Assembly: GCA_027923505.1 (NCBI GenBank) | Contig: BROI01000040.1 | Location: 1 to 64,000, forward strand | Reading direction: 5' to 3' | DNA length: 64,000 nucleotides | DNA from: Mayamaea pseudoterrestris | Lineage: Eukaryota | Shown: positions 23,088 to 34,473 of the stretch, one piece after another | How the letters are laid out: every line of letters begins with the position of its first letter | How positions within the stretch are numbered: the first letter of the stretch is position 1 | Program-made: the position numbers and the translations under genes | Notes under the pieces: model-generated | Told to the model about the DNA's origin: nothing | The model's input: only the letters and a program-made list of their open reading frames with translations | Database searches by the model: none

Positions 23088-23408
23088 GACTGCTTGATCG
23101 TTGCTTGCTAGCTAGCTTGCTTGCTTGCTTGCTATGAGTTGTAGATTGCGAGAATGATGCGACTATAAGGCGACTTGTCAAAGGTATGCTTGGCTGTTAG
23201 TCGAATGCAAGCAAGAAGGATTGCGTGACGGAATCGTCCGTGTGGTCGAGGAGCGGCGCGGCGCGGCGCGGCGCTGAACATAGTCGTAGCGGTACTCACA
23301 TTGATCATTCGTGCGAATACATACTATACGTTTCACCACTTCCATACAACAACCCAAAAGCGTCTACACATACCGTCGTTTAGTTACAGTATAGATGCAT
23401 CTAAAGAT

Positions 23409-25502
23409 TTACCACTGTATGTCTTTGACTGCTACTCCTTTGCCGGCGCCGAGTGTCAGTTGCATGGGTGGCACCTTGCGAAACGAAATGTGCATGTCGC
23501 GTGGCACGGCCAAGCTCGCGTCAGCGCCAGAAATAGTACCTTCGTCCAATGCAGTATTCAAATTCACAAAGTGTCTCCGCGCCGCCTGCAGGCGCGCTTG
23601 GGTATCGCGCGGAGCTTCGCGTCCGACACTGCCGGACCGCTGCATCATGACTTGACCACCGCCGTTCAAGCAACCCGACGGACACGCCATGGCTTCAATA
23701 TAGTCAAAGTTGCCACGAACTTTTTCCGAAATCGCTCGCTGCATGGTCTGCATGCCGTGCGCCATGGCGAACCGTAGCACGGGAGTGTAACTGTTGCTCG
23801 TGTCGTCGCTAATATCCACATTGACAGTGTACTCGCACAACCCACTGCTGCTATCCACTCTTTGATACAAGATGGCTTCGTAGTAGTCACGTTGCTGTCG
23901 ACGACTACGCGCGACGCGGGCACTCATGACGCCATCGTTGCTGTTCATTAACTGACTCGATGGTCGCCACGGAACGTGCGAAAGATGTACACCATACAAG
24001 TCGCGAGCGGCTCGCTTAAAAATGTAGTCGGCGTATCCGCCAGATGTGTACACGAATGGTGACGAAGGTAGTTGCTCCTGCTGCATGGTCCGTTCGTCTT
24101 GAATGTCCACTTTCATGACATCGTGTTCGCGCGTACTGCTAGTGATAAAGTAGCCACTACCAGTTAATGAAGCATCATGTTGCAGTCGTCGTTCCTGCAG
24201 CAAGCCTCTCAAACACCCTTTCCAGTCGGACGTTATCATCGTTGGTGATACCAGCGTCCGCGCCAAACGGAGCAGTGACGACTGCGAAACATTGCCAAGA
24301 GACGATATTACACTTGCTTGTTGCTGCTGAATCAATTGCTCCAAAAGCAGCTGCCAACACTCCTCCGTCGTAATCACCATGGTCTGAACCTTGCCGTCAA
24401 CGTGTTGCTCCGTCAAGCGACTAGCTTCGAGCTTTTTATCGTGGCATGGCATGACGGCCAGGTGAAACAAGTCGGGTGGGTGTTCGTGCATGGCAGCGTC
24501 TGCGTCAGTCGACTGGTCATGCATGACGACGTCATTCTCATCATCCTGCTTCATATCATGCATACTCATATCATGACTATCATTCACATCATTCAATATT
24601 TCATTCATGGCTTGCGCCGCCGCGCCAAAGGCAGACTTTGTGGTGGACAGCAGCGGCACGCAGTCGTGAGCATTCTTTTCCACCAAACACACCACCGCTG
24701 GACAAGTGGATGATATCGTAGTACGTGATGATGGTGATGCTATTGTAGTATTGATAGTTGTAGTACTTGTTGATTGCAGCGTTCCTTGCCTTGGTTTGTA
24801 ACGTTGCATAAACTCGCGCGCCGCTTCCTGCAGCGACCACTCCAGCGCCACGTTGCCGTCCAAAACCACGTCCACTTTCAGCAAACGTATGAGCAAGCGA
24901 ATCACTAGTTGCGTATAGTCGTCGTCGTCGTTTTCTTGTAACTCATGCGATTCACTGGTATTGCTACTTGCCGCCGCTGCATGTTGCAGCATCATGCGCA
25001 CCAAGTCGGCCACGGCGGCTGGAGAAACCGTCGCCACGACGACCAGTGGTTTCCTGCGTCGACTCGCTGCTTCATTATTGTCACCAGTATTAGTAGCAGT
25101 TTCATACTGCATCACGTTTCGCAGCTTATCGAGCGAGTGGCTCTCCAGCAGCACCGTTTCCGCCGTGGTCACGCAGCCGCTGCAGGCCAAGCAGTCGACA
25201 ATGGATGCCGTCACCTTGTTGCTGGCAGCAGGTGCAGTAGTACTTGTACTTATGGTATTGTCGACTACTGCAGCTGATTCATTATCATTTGTATTCGGCA
25301 ATACTCTTCGCCGTTGCCGTCGTTGCTTTGGAACAATGGCTGCACCGTCCGTCGCGCTGATGCTGGCAAGTGGCGGCTGATCACCCTGCTGTTCATTCTT
25401 TTCGTCATTCGCAGCGTACAAGGGATTCACGCAAGCCTGCGATGGACTCAAATAGTCGTCAACGTTGCTCAGCAGCACGGAGCCGCCGGAATTGGTAAAC
25501 AT
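23409..25502 (-). CDS. NAR1: Cytosolic Fe-S cluster assembly factor NAR1/CIAO3 (Fe-only hydrogenase-like)
   Basis: DDYLSPSQACV.P, DCLACSGCVTTAETVL, STCPAVVCLVEK, VMPCHDKKLEASR, SGGY, EAMACPSGCLNGGGQ and a terminal Trp (DIQW). Confidence 0.95.
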   Translation of the reverse strand: MFTNSGGSVLLSNVDDYLSPSQACVNPLYAANDEKNEQQGDQPPLASISATDGAAIVPKQRRQRRRVLPNTNDNESAAVVDNTISTSTTAPAASNKVTASIVDCLACSGCVTTAETVLLESHSLDKLRNVMQYETATNTGDNNEAASRRRKPLVVVATVSPAAVADLVRMMLQHAAAASSNTSESHELQENDDDDYTQLVIRLLIRLLKVDVVLDGNVALEWSLQEAAREFMQRYKPRQGTLQSTSTTTINTTIASPSSRTTISSTCPAVVCLVEKNAHDCVPLLSTTKSAFGAAAQAMNEILNDVNDSHDMSMHDMKQDDENDVVMHDQSTDADAAMHEHPPDLFHLAVMPCHDKKLEASRLTEQHVDGKVQTMVITTEECWQLLLEQLIQQQQASVISSLGNVSQSSLLRLARTLVSPTMITSDWKGCLRGLLQERRLQHDASLTGSGYFITSSTREHDVMKVDIQDERTMQQEQLPSSPFVYTSGGYADYIFKRAARDLYGVHLSHVPWRPSSQLMNSNDGVMSARVARSRRQQRDYYEAILYQRVDSSSGLCEYTVNVDISDDTSNSYTPVLRFAMAHGMQTMQRAISEKVRGNFDYIEAMACPSGCLNGGGQVMMQRSGSVGREAPRDTQARLQAARRHFVNLNTALDEGTISGADASLAVPRDMHISFRKVPPMQLTLGAGKGVAVKDIQW

Positions 25503-25897
25503 GATAATGGGAAAGAAGAAAATGGAATGGAACGAAGGGTGAATGGCGCGCGCCGCGGCGGCGCGGTTGCGTCACGCCGATGCGACATGAAGCGTGACTG
25601 AAAATGACAAGAATGATGGCACGGATCGATTGCTCGTTTCTCATTTTGGCAGTCCAAGACCCTTGCTCGCTATCTAGCATAAAAACGGTTGACAACAACA
25701 CTACTATTTTCTGAGTCACAAATTTCTTCGTGATTGTTCGACATGGAGTTTCTGCGCATCGCGAGAAAATGTCAAGCGACACGCTCGAGTCGCTCGAGTG
25801 ATTCATGTAAAATCTCATTTTCCGGAACGTCTTTTTTGGTTCACACCGAAATGCGTATCAAGACGGAACAATCTCGTTCAGAAACACTTGATGCATC

Positions 25898-26668
25898 ATG
25901 GCTTGCTCTCGCGTTTGTAACGTTTGGAAATTAGCAGCAGCATTCTTATTGGCGTCGCTGGTCGTCCTTGGTCGGGTCGTGACTATCAATGCCTGCATGG
26001 ACGATGAGGAAGCAGAAGAGATCGATCTGGACAAAGAAGAATATGCAAAGGATGAGAATCCTGGTAGTGCCGATAATCTCGAGTCGCTCATGTGGCGTCG
26101 ACTACTAGAAACATGGCAGACGCAGCCGCCGCCGCGAAAAGATGATGATCGACCGCTACTCAAGATACAAGAGGAAACACTCGCCGAGGATAGCAACGCA
26201 ACGAACACTCTACCAACGCAAACATCACAAGGTGCATTGCCGCACACGCTCAAACTATGCATTCATCAGGAAAAGTGCACCAAAACGACAATGTACTGTC
26301 CCGACTGCACGCCCAAGTTCAACGTGACGCGCAAGATTGACCTCTTGCCCTATTTTGCAAACGGCAGCTGGGCGACGGCCGAGCTGTATCAGCTACTGTT
26401 GAACTACACGTTTGAAACGGCGCAGCACTTTCGAGTCATTCCAAGCGCCTGTCCATACGCGGATGCCAGCTTTTGCAACAACTATCGTCGCTACGAGGAA
26501 CGGAAGCATTATGCTGACGGAAGCGAGTCATCGAAATTCATCTTTTTGTACTATCAGGATTTGACCGACCATGAGCTTGTGCAAGTTGGATCGGAAGCCG
26601 AGTTGAAGCTGGCTCTTTTGCGCAACAGTGAGAGCAGTGTCAAAATTATGGCGTGCGTTGGATGGTAG
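25898..26668 (+). CDS. Hypothetical secreted or membrane-anchored Cys-containing protein
   Basis: 256-aa ATG ORF with a hydrophobic N-terminus, an acidic linker and several Cys in the C-terminal part. Confidence 0.6.
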   Translation: MACSRVCNVWKLAAAFLLASLVVLGRVVTINACMDDEEAEEIDLDKEEYAKDENPGSADNLESLMWRRLLETWQTQPPPRKDDDRPLLKIQEETLAEDSNATNTLPTQTSQGALPHTLKLCIHQEKCTKTTMYCPDCTPKFNVTRKIDLLPYFANGSWATAELYQLLLNYTFETAQHFRVIPSACPYADASFCNNYRRYEERKHYADGSESSKFIFLYYQDLTDHELVQVGSEAELKLALLRNSESSVKIMACVGW

Positions 26669-26989
26669 TAGCGCTTGTGGTTAGTTTTCTTCACTTAAAC
26701 GTATTTATGAATATAGGTTGAGTTGTGCATGCGAGACTGTAGGCCAACTGGCAAGTGATTTTGTAGACTATTATTGCTGACTTGTGACTGTAGTCAAAAT
26801 AAACGATATGGCCTACACTCATACCTGGTTGCGCGCCAGCTGCTCGCCCATGCTCCATCGTACAGTGTAGGCAAAATCGACCTACTTTTACGAAGAACAA
26901 AGTTTATGCGACGTGCCCTAAATTAAAGTTATGAGTTGCTTTTACTATTCCGTCGCATGTATTGCAGCAACACATTCATTCATGAAATT

Positions 26990-27690
26990 TTAGTCATAGC
27001 TGTTGTCGGGCTTGCAAGTGCCGTACGTTGCCGTCTTTGACGAGTAGACACAGTCCAAGTCGTCGCAGCAGTCATCCTCACTGACACACTGCGCTTCAAC
27101 CTGCTTGCACATCTTGCACTGTCAATTAATCGACAAAGGTGTTAAAATGAGTTACTGAATGATATGACAGGATTCATCGCGGGATGCCCAACTCATGCTT
27201 TACCGTCTGCGCAGCCTGGCAGCAAGGGTTCAATGGACTAACGTCGCAGTCTCCTCCACGACGGAAGAAGCGGCGGCACTGTTTGTCGAATTATATGCAA
27301 GGATGGTTAGTGAGTTAGTGTTAAATATCGTAACCATGCACCATGGACAACAAGCAAGTCGTGCAGAATTTATACTCACCGTCGTCGAGTACGACGAGAA
27401 CGTGCATGTCGCGTCAAGGTCGCAGCAGTCATCGTTCTCATCGTTGCAACTGGCTAGAGTTGCGACGCAGACGTCGTTGCTGTTGCCGGTGGTATCAAGG
27501 CTGTTTCCGTCAACATCGTTACTGTTGCTCAAGCGACGGTAGAGGTGCGTCAAAAGATCGGAACCCGCCTGCGGTTGGATGCACACGGCATCTTATCGGC
27601 GCAACGTCGAACACATGGGCTTGTGGAACATCGGCGAACGGTAGTTTATGCAGGACTTGAGCATGCAATAAGCGCACACAATGCTTTTAT
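26990..27690 (-). pseudogene. Tandem knottin-like (C-C-CC-C-C) small Cys-rich protein gene, probably disabled at its 5' end; Cys exons end at 27380, then 27278-27204 and 27118-26990
   Basis: Two phase-0 GT-AG introns (27379-27279 with a CACTAAC branch site; 27203-27119) join CVATLASCNDENDDCCDLDATCTFSSYSTT | CRRFFRRGGDCDVSPLNPCCQAAQT | CKMCKQVEAQCVSEDDCCDDLDCVYSSKTATYGTCKPDNSYD*. An in-frame TAA lies upstream and no clean ATG plus signal peptide is present. Confidence 0.6.
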
Positions 27691-28271
27691 ATCGAAATAG
27701 TTTGGAAGTTGAGCGAAGGAAAGGAACAGCCGTGCTGAAGTGTGAGTCATGGACGTTGTTTCAATTTGCCGCTATAGGATGGCGCGCTCTCGTTTATTTG
27801 TGCCTATGAATGTCCATTTATGCCTTTTGTTCGTGGATCATTCGTGCGGGCGATTTTGCACATGAATTATTAATATGCGATAGCGCGTGTAGGCGCGTGT
27901 CAAAGCGAATCGGGGCTATAATATGTAGAGAAGCTTAATCTCATCAAATCCATGAAGCTGCTCTCGTCATGCCGATGAATAGCGATAATAATATAGTGCA
28001 GCGCGGTCAAGGTTGATTCTGAGATCATGTAGCCTGGATTTGCTTGAGCAATGCTGGCTTACTTGGTTTTGTGAGATTTCATCTTCAACTAACAGCTTCA
28101 GCTTCCTACGTTTTGGTTCGACGACACACTACTCGTACGATTTTATCAGCCTGCAGCAGTGAAATTGAAATAGTAACATGCCTTTCAATTAAGTCAACAT
28201 AAATATGAGCGCTTATCACCAATCGTGAAGTGTGTCTTGCTGGTTTCGTCGCAATCATCCACTGCATCATT

Positions 28272-29061
28272 CTACACATCAATTGAGTAAACATTTATGC
28301 CGCCATCTCCTCCACTCGGTACCCATGTTTGCTCCTTGTACCGGCGCGCCCACATTTGAAGCGTCGGCATGACGATTTCATCCGCATTCTCCTCGCCATA
28401 CAAGTCCATGGCGTCCCAAATAAAGTTGAGAATGCCCCAGAGCGAGTCCTTGTTCAAGCAGCGTCCGTCGCTCATACGACGCCCCGTGACAAAGATGTCT
28501 CCCGTCAAGTTTGTGTAGCGCGAAAGGCCCGACTGCAGCTCGCATCCCAAGTAAATGGCAGCGCTGTTTATAACATCATTGCGCATGCCAAAAATGCGGC
28601 CATTGGGCAAAATCTCATTCATTCTCGAATTGCAGTACATTTGAATGTCCCATCCCAGCAACCGACCAAATGGACTCGGCAATGGCGGACTCATCAAGTC
28701 ATTGCCAAAGGTATCCGCCGCCACAATTAGAATATCATCCGGCGTCGCGATTACATGCTGCACGAGCTTGTTGATCAATCCACTGCCTTCGCCTCGATCC
28801 ACATGAATGCAGATGCCCGTTGGATGCTCTTTGGCGTATTTGTAAATGTGCTTGTGCCATTTCCAATCCTGCGATTGATGCTCGCGCCCGCAGTACCAAA
28901 CTTCCTTGCAGCCAGCGCAGCGAAGGAGCTCGGGTTCAGTAGCAGCATCGTCCGATGTTGAAACATCCTTGGAAACTGGAAACAATGAAACAGTTAGGAT
29001 AATGACAGGCGCGAGGCAAGAAACCGCTAGTAACTGGATACCACTCAGTGGACTGGCTCAT
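28272..29061 (-). pseudogene. MYND zinc-finger protein paralog with a frameshift near 28985-28992 and a terminal Cys>Tyr change
   Basis: ATG 29061 reads MSQSTEWYPVTSGFLPRACHYPNC in one frame, while LLRCAGCKEVWYCGREHQSQDWKWHKHIY and the rest of the protein lie in another. The sequence aligns with the intact paralog at 29683..30552. Confidence 0.65.
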
Positions 29062-29682
29062 GATTCCACAAGATTATAAAGGCTGATATAGAGGTCCAAG
29101 AGTCCAAGCAGCAGCGGCTCAATTGTCATGGTGAAATGTGAAGTGCGAAGTGCGACGACCGAATCTTGCGAAGCGATGATCGACCGCTTCCCGCGATTGA
29201 ACGTCGTAGCGGTTTTATGAGTCGGTCTGCGTGCTGCAAATATTTTTGCCGCGATGCGAGTTTTGCGTCATTGGACGCGTTTCGCTTTGGAGCAATACTT
29301 TGGGATGCCTTCGTGGGCAACGGCACGACTCGGACGAAACGTAGTATGGATGTGACTTCGACAGTGGAGGTGCAATCAGTTGGAGTTCTTCCATCCGTTG
29401 ATGCAACCGTCCAATCATGCTGAAGAATTTTCTTGGCAGGCGATGGCGCCGAAGAAAACTTGATCAATCTCGCTAGAGAACTTTCCCGGTATGCGAAGCG
29501 TCGAAGAAAAATCTGAAGCAATCCATCGCATCAGTCGAGTATGCTCCAACGGACGTTACTTGCTTCGGAAAAAGCCACAGCGCTAGTCTTCGCTCTCGTC
29601 AAAATCGGCTCACGTCAATACTCTTGCAAACAAAACGACTACCCAACAGCAGCTACAAACAACAGCTACCAACAGCTTCGAC

Positions 29683-30552
29683 ATGGTTGGCATGTGCTCC
29701 CCTGGATGTAAATGCAACATGTCAGCTATCCAAAAAATGTCGGGCGCTCCAGTCACATTTCACCGTGTCTGCCATTTGCCGAGCTGCAACAAGGCGGAGC
29801 GCGAGCAGCAGGTGTTCGTTTGCCCGCAAAATAATAACGTCCACGTCGACAACTCGGTGGTAAACAATACTAATAGCCTCTTTCGATGCAGCAACTGCAA
29901 GGAGGTCTGGTATTGCAGCCGTGAGCATCAGAAACAAGACCGGAAGGCTCACAAGACGATTTGCAAACGTGTCAGCAATGAACATTTTTCGAATTGGATC
30001 ACCGTCCGCAAAAATAAGACTTTGAACAACTTGTTTAATGGGAACGAAGCAATGAACTTCTGTACTGCTAACTACCAAGATTCTTCGGAAATGACTGCCA
30101 AGAAGCTCGGCAATGATACTTTGGCCCGACCTTTAACCATTCCGTTCGCTGAACTTCTTGGATGGTCTGTGGAGATGTATTGCAGCACTACTTGCAATAC
30201 TTTCTCGGATGACGGATGGTGTACGGGAAATGCCGGAGAGCAGATTAATCGAATTGGTGTTCTCTTGGGTACCGACCCCAAAACGGGGCAATCGATGTAC
30301 CCGAACATTCGTGGCGACATTTATCTCTACGGCCGTCGTATCAGTGACGGTAGCGCAATGATGGACCAACATTTGTTTGGCATTGTTGCGTTCATTATTG
30401 AAGTCATGGCTCAGCTTTCGCAAGAGCAAAACAATATGATTCTCGATGATTGTGTCCTAGCCTACAAGGCGCAAGAATGGCAGTCGTCTCGTGTTAAGTT
30501 TTTTGATAATGGTATTTATGCAGCTGCTCCGCAAGAGTACACCAAGTTATAA
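29683..30552 (+). CDS. MYND zinc-finger protein with an uncharacterised C-terminal domain
   Basis: RVCHLPSC...LFRCSNCKEVWYCSREHQKQDRKAHKTIC carries the MYND ligand pattern. The C-terminal domain is shared with 28272..29061. Confidence 0.8.
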   Translation: MVGMCSPGCKCNMSAIQKMSGAPVTFHRVCHLPSCNKAEREQQVFVCPQNNNVHVDNSVVNNTNSLFRCSNCKEVWYCSREHQKQDRKAHKTICKRVSNEHFSNWITVRKNKTLNNLFNGNEAMNFCTANYQDSSEMTAKKLGNDTLARPLTIPFAELLGWSVEMYCSTTCNTFSDDGWCTGNAGEQINRIGVLLGTDPKTGQSMYPNIRGDIYLYGRRISDGSAMMDQHLFGIVAFIIEVMAQLSQEQNNMILDDCVLAYKAQEWQSSRVKFFDNGIYAAAPQEYTKL

Positions 30553-31202
30553 GTACACAAAGATTGGTGGTAAGCGTCCTATAAATCAAAGGTTTACATC
30601 TGTTCAATTTTAAGCCGCGATGTATGTAACGCCAATATCTTCCGTCAAGTTACTGCACACCACTAGTCCTTGTCATGCGATCCTCCAGCTACCACGAGCG
30701 TGTAATGTTCTAGTAATTGACCCTTGCGAACCAAATTATCAATGACATTTCGAAGTAAAACGGGAGCAACGTCTTGCTCGATAAATTTTACTTTATCCAA
30801 CTCGGTCCGTCGCGTAGCGGGATCGGTGCTCCAACACAGCTCCACTCCCACGCACCATCACTCCAATGAGCTTGACGCCTCGTGCAGGAGCTCCATGTTA
30901 CAAGTTGCTGCCGGGAAACGCCGGAAGGAGCGAGTGGTAACTGATGCAGTTGAGGAATCTGTTGCAAACGTCGCTGCGTCCGCATGTAACACACTTGCTT
31001 CCTCTCGTTTGCAATGGTTTGACTATTTCGTCACGATCATTGCAGCCACGCAGCAAAGCATCCTCCGAACGAGTGGGTTTCCTTAATAAAATTTGTACAT
31101 ATACGAATACAATTGTCCGTTTTACAGAATAGTATGTTACAGGTATGAGCCTTTATGTCTTGTTATGAATAGATCGGAGAATAATGCTCGTTGGCATTGT
31201 TT

Positions 31203-31841
31203 TTACTCGGAGCAGCGTCGCCTTGCTTGGCGAGTCGGTGGGCGAGTCGTCGCGTGCGTGCTTCGGTCAATGTTGCTTCGATGTCGGCTCCGTCGCGAGG
31301 ATGTCGAATGCCTAGATCCGGTCAGTGAATGCTGACTGGAACCCAGTCCCTCGTGGTCAATCTTGCTGGTACTGGAATGCTGTATCCGTCGGCTGCTGCG
31401 GGTGCGCTCTGGGGCGCGTCTGACTAGTATGATGGTGTCCTCTGGCACAAAGTTTAGCTGCGCATATCGCTCGCTGTCCACTGGGCGCTTCCACTTGATG
31501 CCAGCAAGCTTGAGGTCCGTAGTGTGGACGAAATGGTCATCATGATCGGGAATGGCGAATTCATAGTCGTAGCTCTGTTGTTTGTCATCATCCTTTGTGT
31601 GACAGTGAGCGACGACATCGTCCAATGTAATGGAGCGCGTGTCATGCGTCGAGTCGGTGCAGCCGCTGGAGAGCGAGTCGTTGCCATTGGAAAAGAGTTT
31701 CCGTTTGCTGCTTCCAAGGAATCGCGAGGAAAATAGGCACTGCAAGGTTCCACCGACTTGCATCCCGTTGAACATGTGTTTCGGGCCCACGGCCATCTTC
31801 TCTTGCAGTCGGCTGAGGCTGAGTTCTTGGTTGACACCCAT
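31203..31841 (-). CDS. Hypothetical protein with an Arg/Ser-rich C-terminus
   Basis: Long ORF whose first ATG is at 31841; no recognisable domain. Confidence 0.5.
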   Translation of the reverse strand: MGVNQELSLSRLQEKMAVGPKHMFNGMQVGGTLQCLFSSRFLGSSKRKLFSNGNDSLSSGCTDSTHDTRSITLDDVVAHCHTKDDDKQQSYDYEFAIPDHDDHFVHTTDLKLAGIKWKRPVDSERYAQLNFVPEDTIILVRRAPERTRSSRRIQHSSTSKIDHEGLGSSQHSLTGSRHSTSSRRSRHRSNIDRSTHATTRPPTRQARRRCSE

Positions 31842-32889
31842 GGTTTGTTTCTTTTTATGAGCACAAACTAAGCCAAACGGAGCTTTACTTGTTGGCGAGA
31901 CCGTTCCTGGAATTTGTTCTCCGATGCCAAACAAGTCCACGGAAAATGACACTGGTTTGGAGTCGTTCGTTGGTTGCTTCTACGCTTCGTATTCACGAGT
32001 GTTGCGACCAGCGAAAGTGATCCGTCCTCCAATGATCGTGCAGCATGGGCGTCACGACCGAGAAGTTGCAATCTCACTGGCCATAATCAAACATGGGGCT
32101 GAGCAAGTCACCCGTTCATTTACATAAGGTGATGTGTCACAATGGACGCTTGGTTAGCCTATCCCGCAATCGCCATGGTCCTCGTCCGAACATTCACTGC
32201 GGCCTCTGCATTCCCGTTGCAACACATTGTATGTTACTGTTAGGTCCAACAACGGCGCAGACTGGAGTCGTGGCTGACTCTGGATCAAAACGAACGTTAC
32301 AGTGAGAAAGCCCTTCCTCGGTTCCTTGGTCGTTCTAGCTACGTGGCCTCGACCAGATTGGCATCTACGGCAGCCCACCAGTATGATATACTCCACTTCT
32401 AATGACATGATGATTGTCTGTCATTGACAAAAGGTGCATGGCATTGAGCGAACCATTGACAAGCTGCTCGGACGTGTGGCTTTTCTCGAGAGCACGGAGT
32501 CTCACGCGCTAAAGCGCGCTCTCGTGTTGCCATGGCACTGGTCGCAAAAGCAGATAGTCAAACGCGGGTATAAGATACGTTCGATACTGACCCGTTTCTT
32601 CTTTTCACGCACTCTCCTCTCATGGGGTTGGTCTTTGAATAGCGGCCAAGTAAGAGGAGCAATCGCAACGACCGTCGCAAGCACTTGGCAAATAAATTAT
32701 GCCAACGGATAAAGCGCAGCTTGATTGCTATACTCACAGATTATAGTAGCAGCCATGTAATTTCAAAATTGTTGTTTATTTACCAAAAACTTAATCAGAG
32801 GACGCCCACTAACAAAACTCCTCCAACCGCAAACTTGTCACTCACTGCCAAAACTCCCAAAACTCCCAAAACTCCCAAAACTGTTGGAC

Positions 32890-33465
32890 CTACAAGTCCA
32901 TGTCAAAGACACCGCCGTCGTCGTTATCATCAAACTCTGTAGCATCATCAGTATCGTCCCCTGCAGCATGCTCGTCACATTCATCTTGCATGGGCAGGAT
33001 CAGCGACGGCTTGCATGACTCGTCAAAGTGAACGCGCCGCCGGTGTCGTCTATCGTCTTGGTGCAGTCGCGGAACAATCTTGTAGTCGCTGGTGGCTGTT
33101 TCATACGAACAAACGCGTGGCGCATGACGATACGATGCAAAGTCATGCAGTTGCTGGCTGATTGGAATGGGAACCGACGACGACGAAACGAATTGCGTCT
33201 TCGACACGCGCTGGTGCATGCGCAGGGCGCGATACTCGCACCAAGCTTGCGTCTCCTCGTCTGTACATGGTGGTTGATTGGCAATGCGAATGCTGCTGCT
33301 GCTGCCACTTCGCTTGTCGTGAATGTCCTTATTCGTCGCCGTCGTTGGAACGAAGAGTCGCACGTCGTTGGGCGTGCCAAACGCGACTGGTGTGGTGCTT
33401 TGGAGCGTGTCGTCGTCATCGCTTCCACGTGATGAAATCTTCATGTTGTAGCTGTCGACGCTCAT
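32890..33465 (-). CDS. Hypothetical small protein with a YR..RMHQRV motif and an acidic C-terminal GVFDMDL
   Basis: The Y...RM..R(I/V) motif plus a terminal F-D-M-D-L resembles a recurrent family of small diatom proteins (recall, not searched). ATG 33465. Confidence 0.6.
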   Translation of the reverse strand: MSVDSYNMKISSRGSDDDDTLQSTTPVAFGTPNDVRLFVPTTATNKDIHDKRSGSSSSIRIANQPPCTDEETQAWCEYRALRMHQRVSKTQFVSSSSVPIPISQQLHDFASYRHAPRVCSYETATSDYKIVPRLHQDDRRHRRRVHFDESCKPSLILPMQDECDEHAAGDDTDDATEFDDNDDGGVFDMDL

Positions 33466-34473
33466 GGTGTCAACAGGCAAAAATGCCTTTTTGAACGACT
33501 CTGATGTTTAGTGATGGCTGCTTGCGGCTGGTTCCTTGGCACGCACGTGCACGTTTGAGTCGTTTCCAGCCACTCGCTGCGGAATTCCGTCAAGCAAAAC
33601 TCCCAAGGAATACGCGGAGGAAGCGTTACGAAAAACCGTTCATATGAGTCATTGATCGAATCGTGTCAAGAGTGAGGCAATTGCAATCGTTCGGTGAATG
33701 TCAATGACGAGCCAATGAACGTTAAGCAGTGACTCAGATGATCAGTTTAGAAGCGTGAATGAATACGCTGTCGAATATGATCCTTGCCCCTAAAAAATTG
33801 GCCAAGTGCGCCTTGCACGACCGAAAACCGAAACACCCGATCCACTTTGCACCTCCACCGCATACCGTCACTTTGAAAAGTCTTTGCAACAAATCTTGTG
33901 CGGAGGTGTTCTCAATGGCTATACTTTGCAGCAATATTCTAAATAGCCTATAACATTCTTCAATACTCTGCGGGTGTTATAGAGGTGGTCCCGTTTGAAT
34001 TGACTTGATGGTCCCGCCAAACACCTCGTCGCAAGCTGAGGATTGATGAGTCGTCGAAAAGGCTGGCTCGCGCGCATGGTACTTAACCTACGTGGCTACG
34101 TGGAGCTTGTTATTGCCTTGCGGGACCCCCACCAGACATAGGCAACCATTTTACTGCATGAAACTACTCATCAATACATAAGTAATTGATGAATGAACAT
34201 GTCCATGGGCAATAGAGCTATATTGAATAGGTCGTGACACGACTTTTCAAAGTGACGGTACCTGCATGTACTCATTCTTTGTCGTCACAAAACCTTGACA
34301 CTGTATCAAGGTAGTAGCATGCAATAGTAAGCGGCTGCACTAAATAAAAATACGAGGCTACCTCTGCACTTTATATTTCTGCAAGGTTTGAGTGAAGAAT
34401 CGAGCCTCGCATCAGCCATCGACATCACCAATCAGCAATCAGCAATCAGCCATCAGCCATCAAGTCATTCATT

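Noticed and set aside
28010..28080. TPP-riboswitch-like CTGAGA
   Set aside because: Lacks the other conserved aptamer elements and is far from TH1; no aptamer was seen flanking TH1 either.
28976..29041. 66-nt intron-like segment (GTATCC...CTAAC...CCAG) in the left MYND gene
   Set aside because: Removing it does not restore the frame and would delete the CxxxxC that aligns with the paralog.
29126..29521. 131-aa ORF between the MYND genes
   Set aside because: Non-ATG start, no motifs, and it lies in the shared upstream region.
32848..32882. 9-nt tandem repeat (CCAAAACTC) x3-4
   Set aside because: Simple slippage repeat in a 3' region; no spacers, so not CRISPR, and not a telomeric unit.
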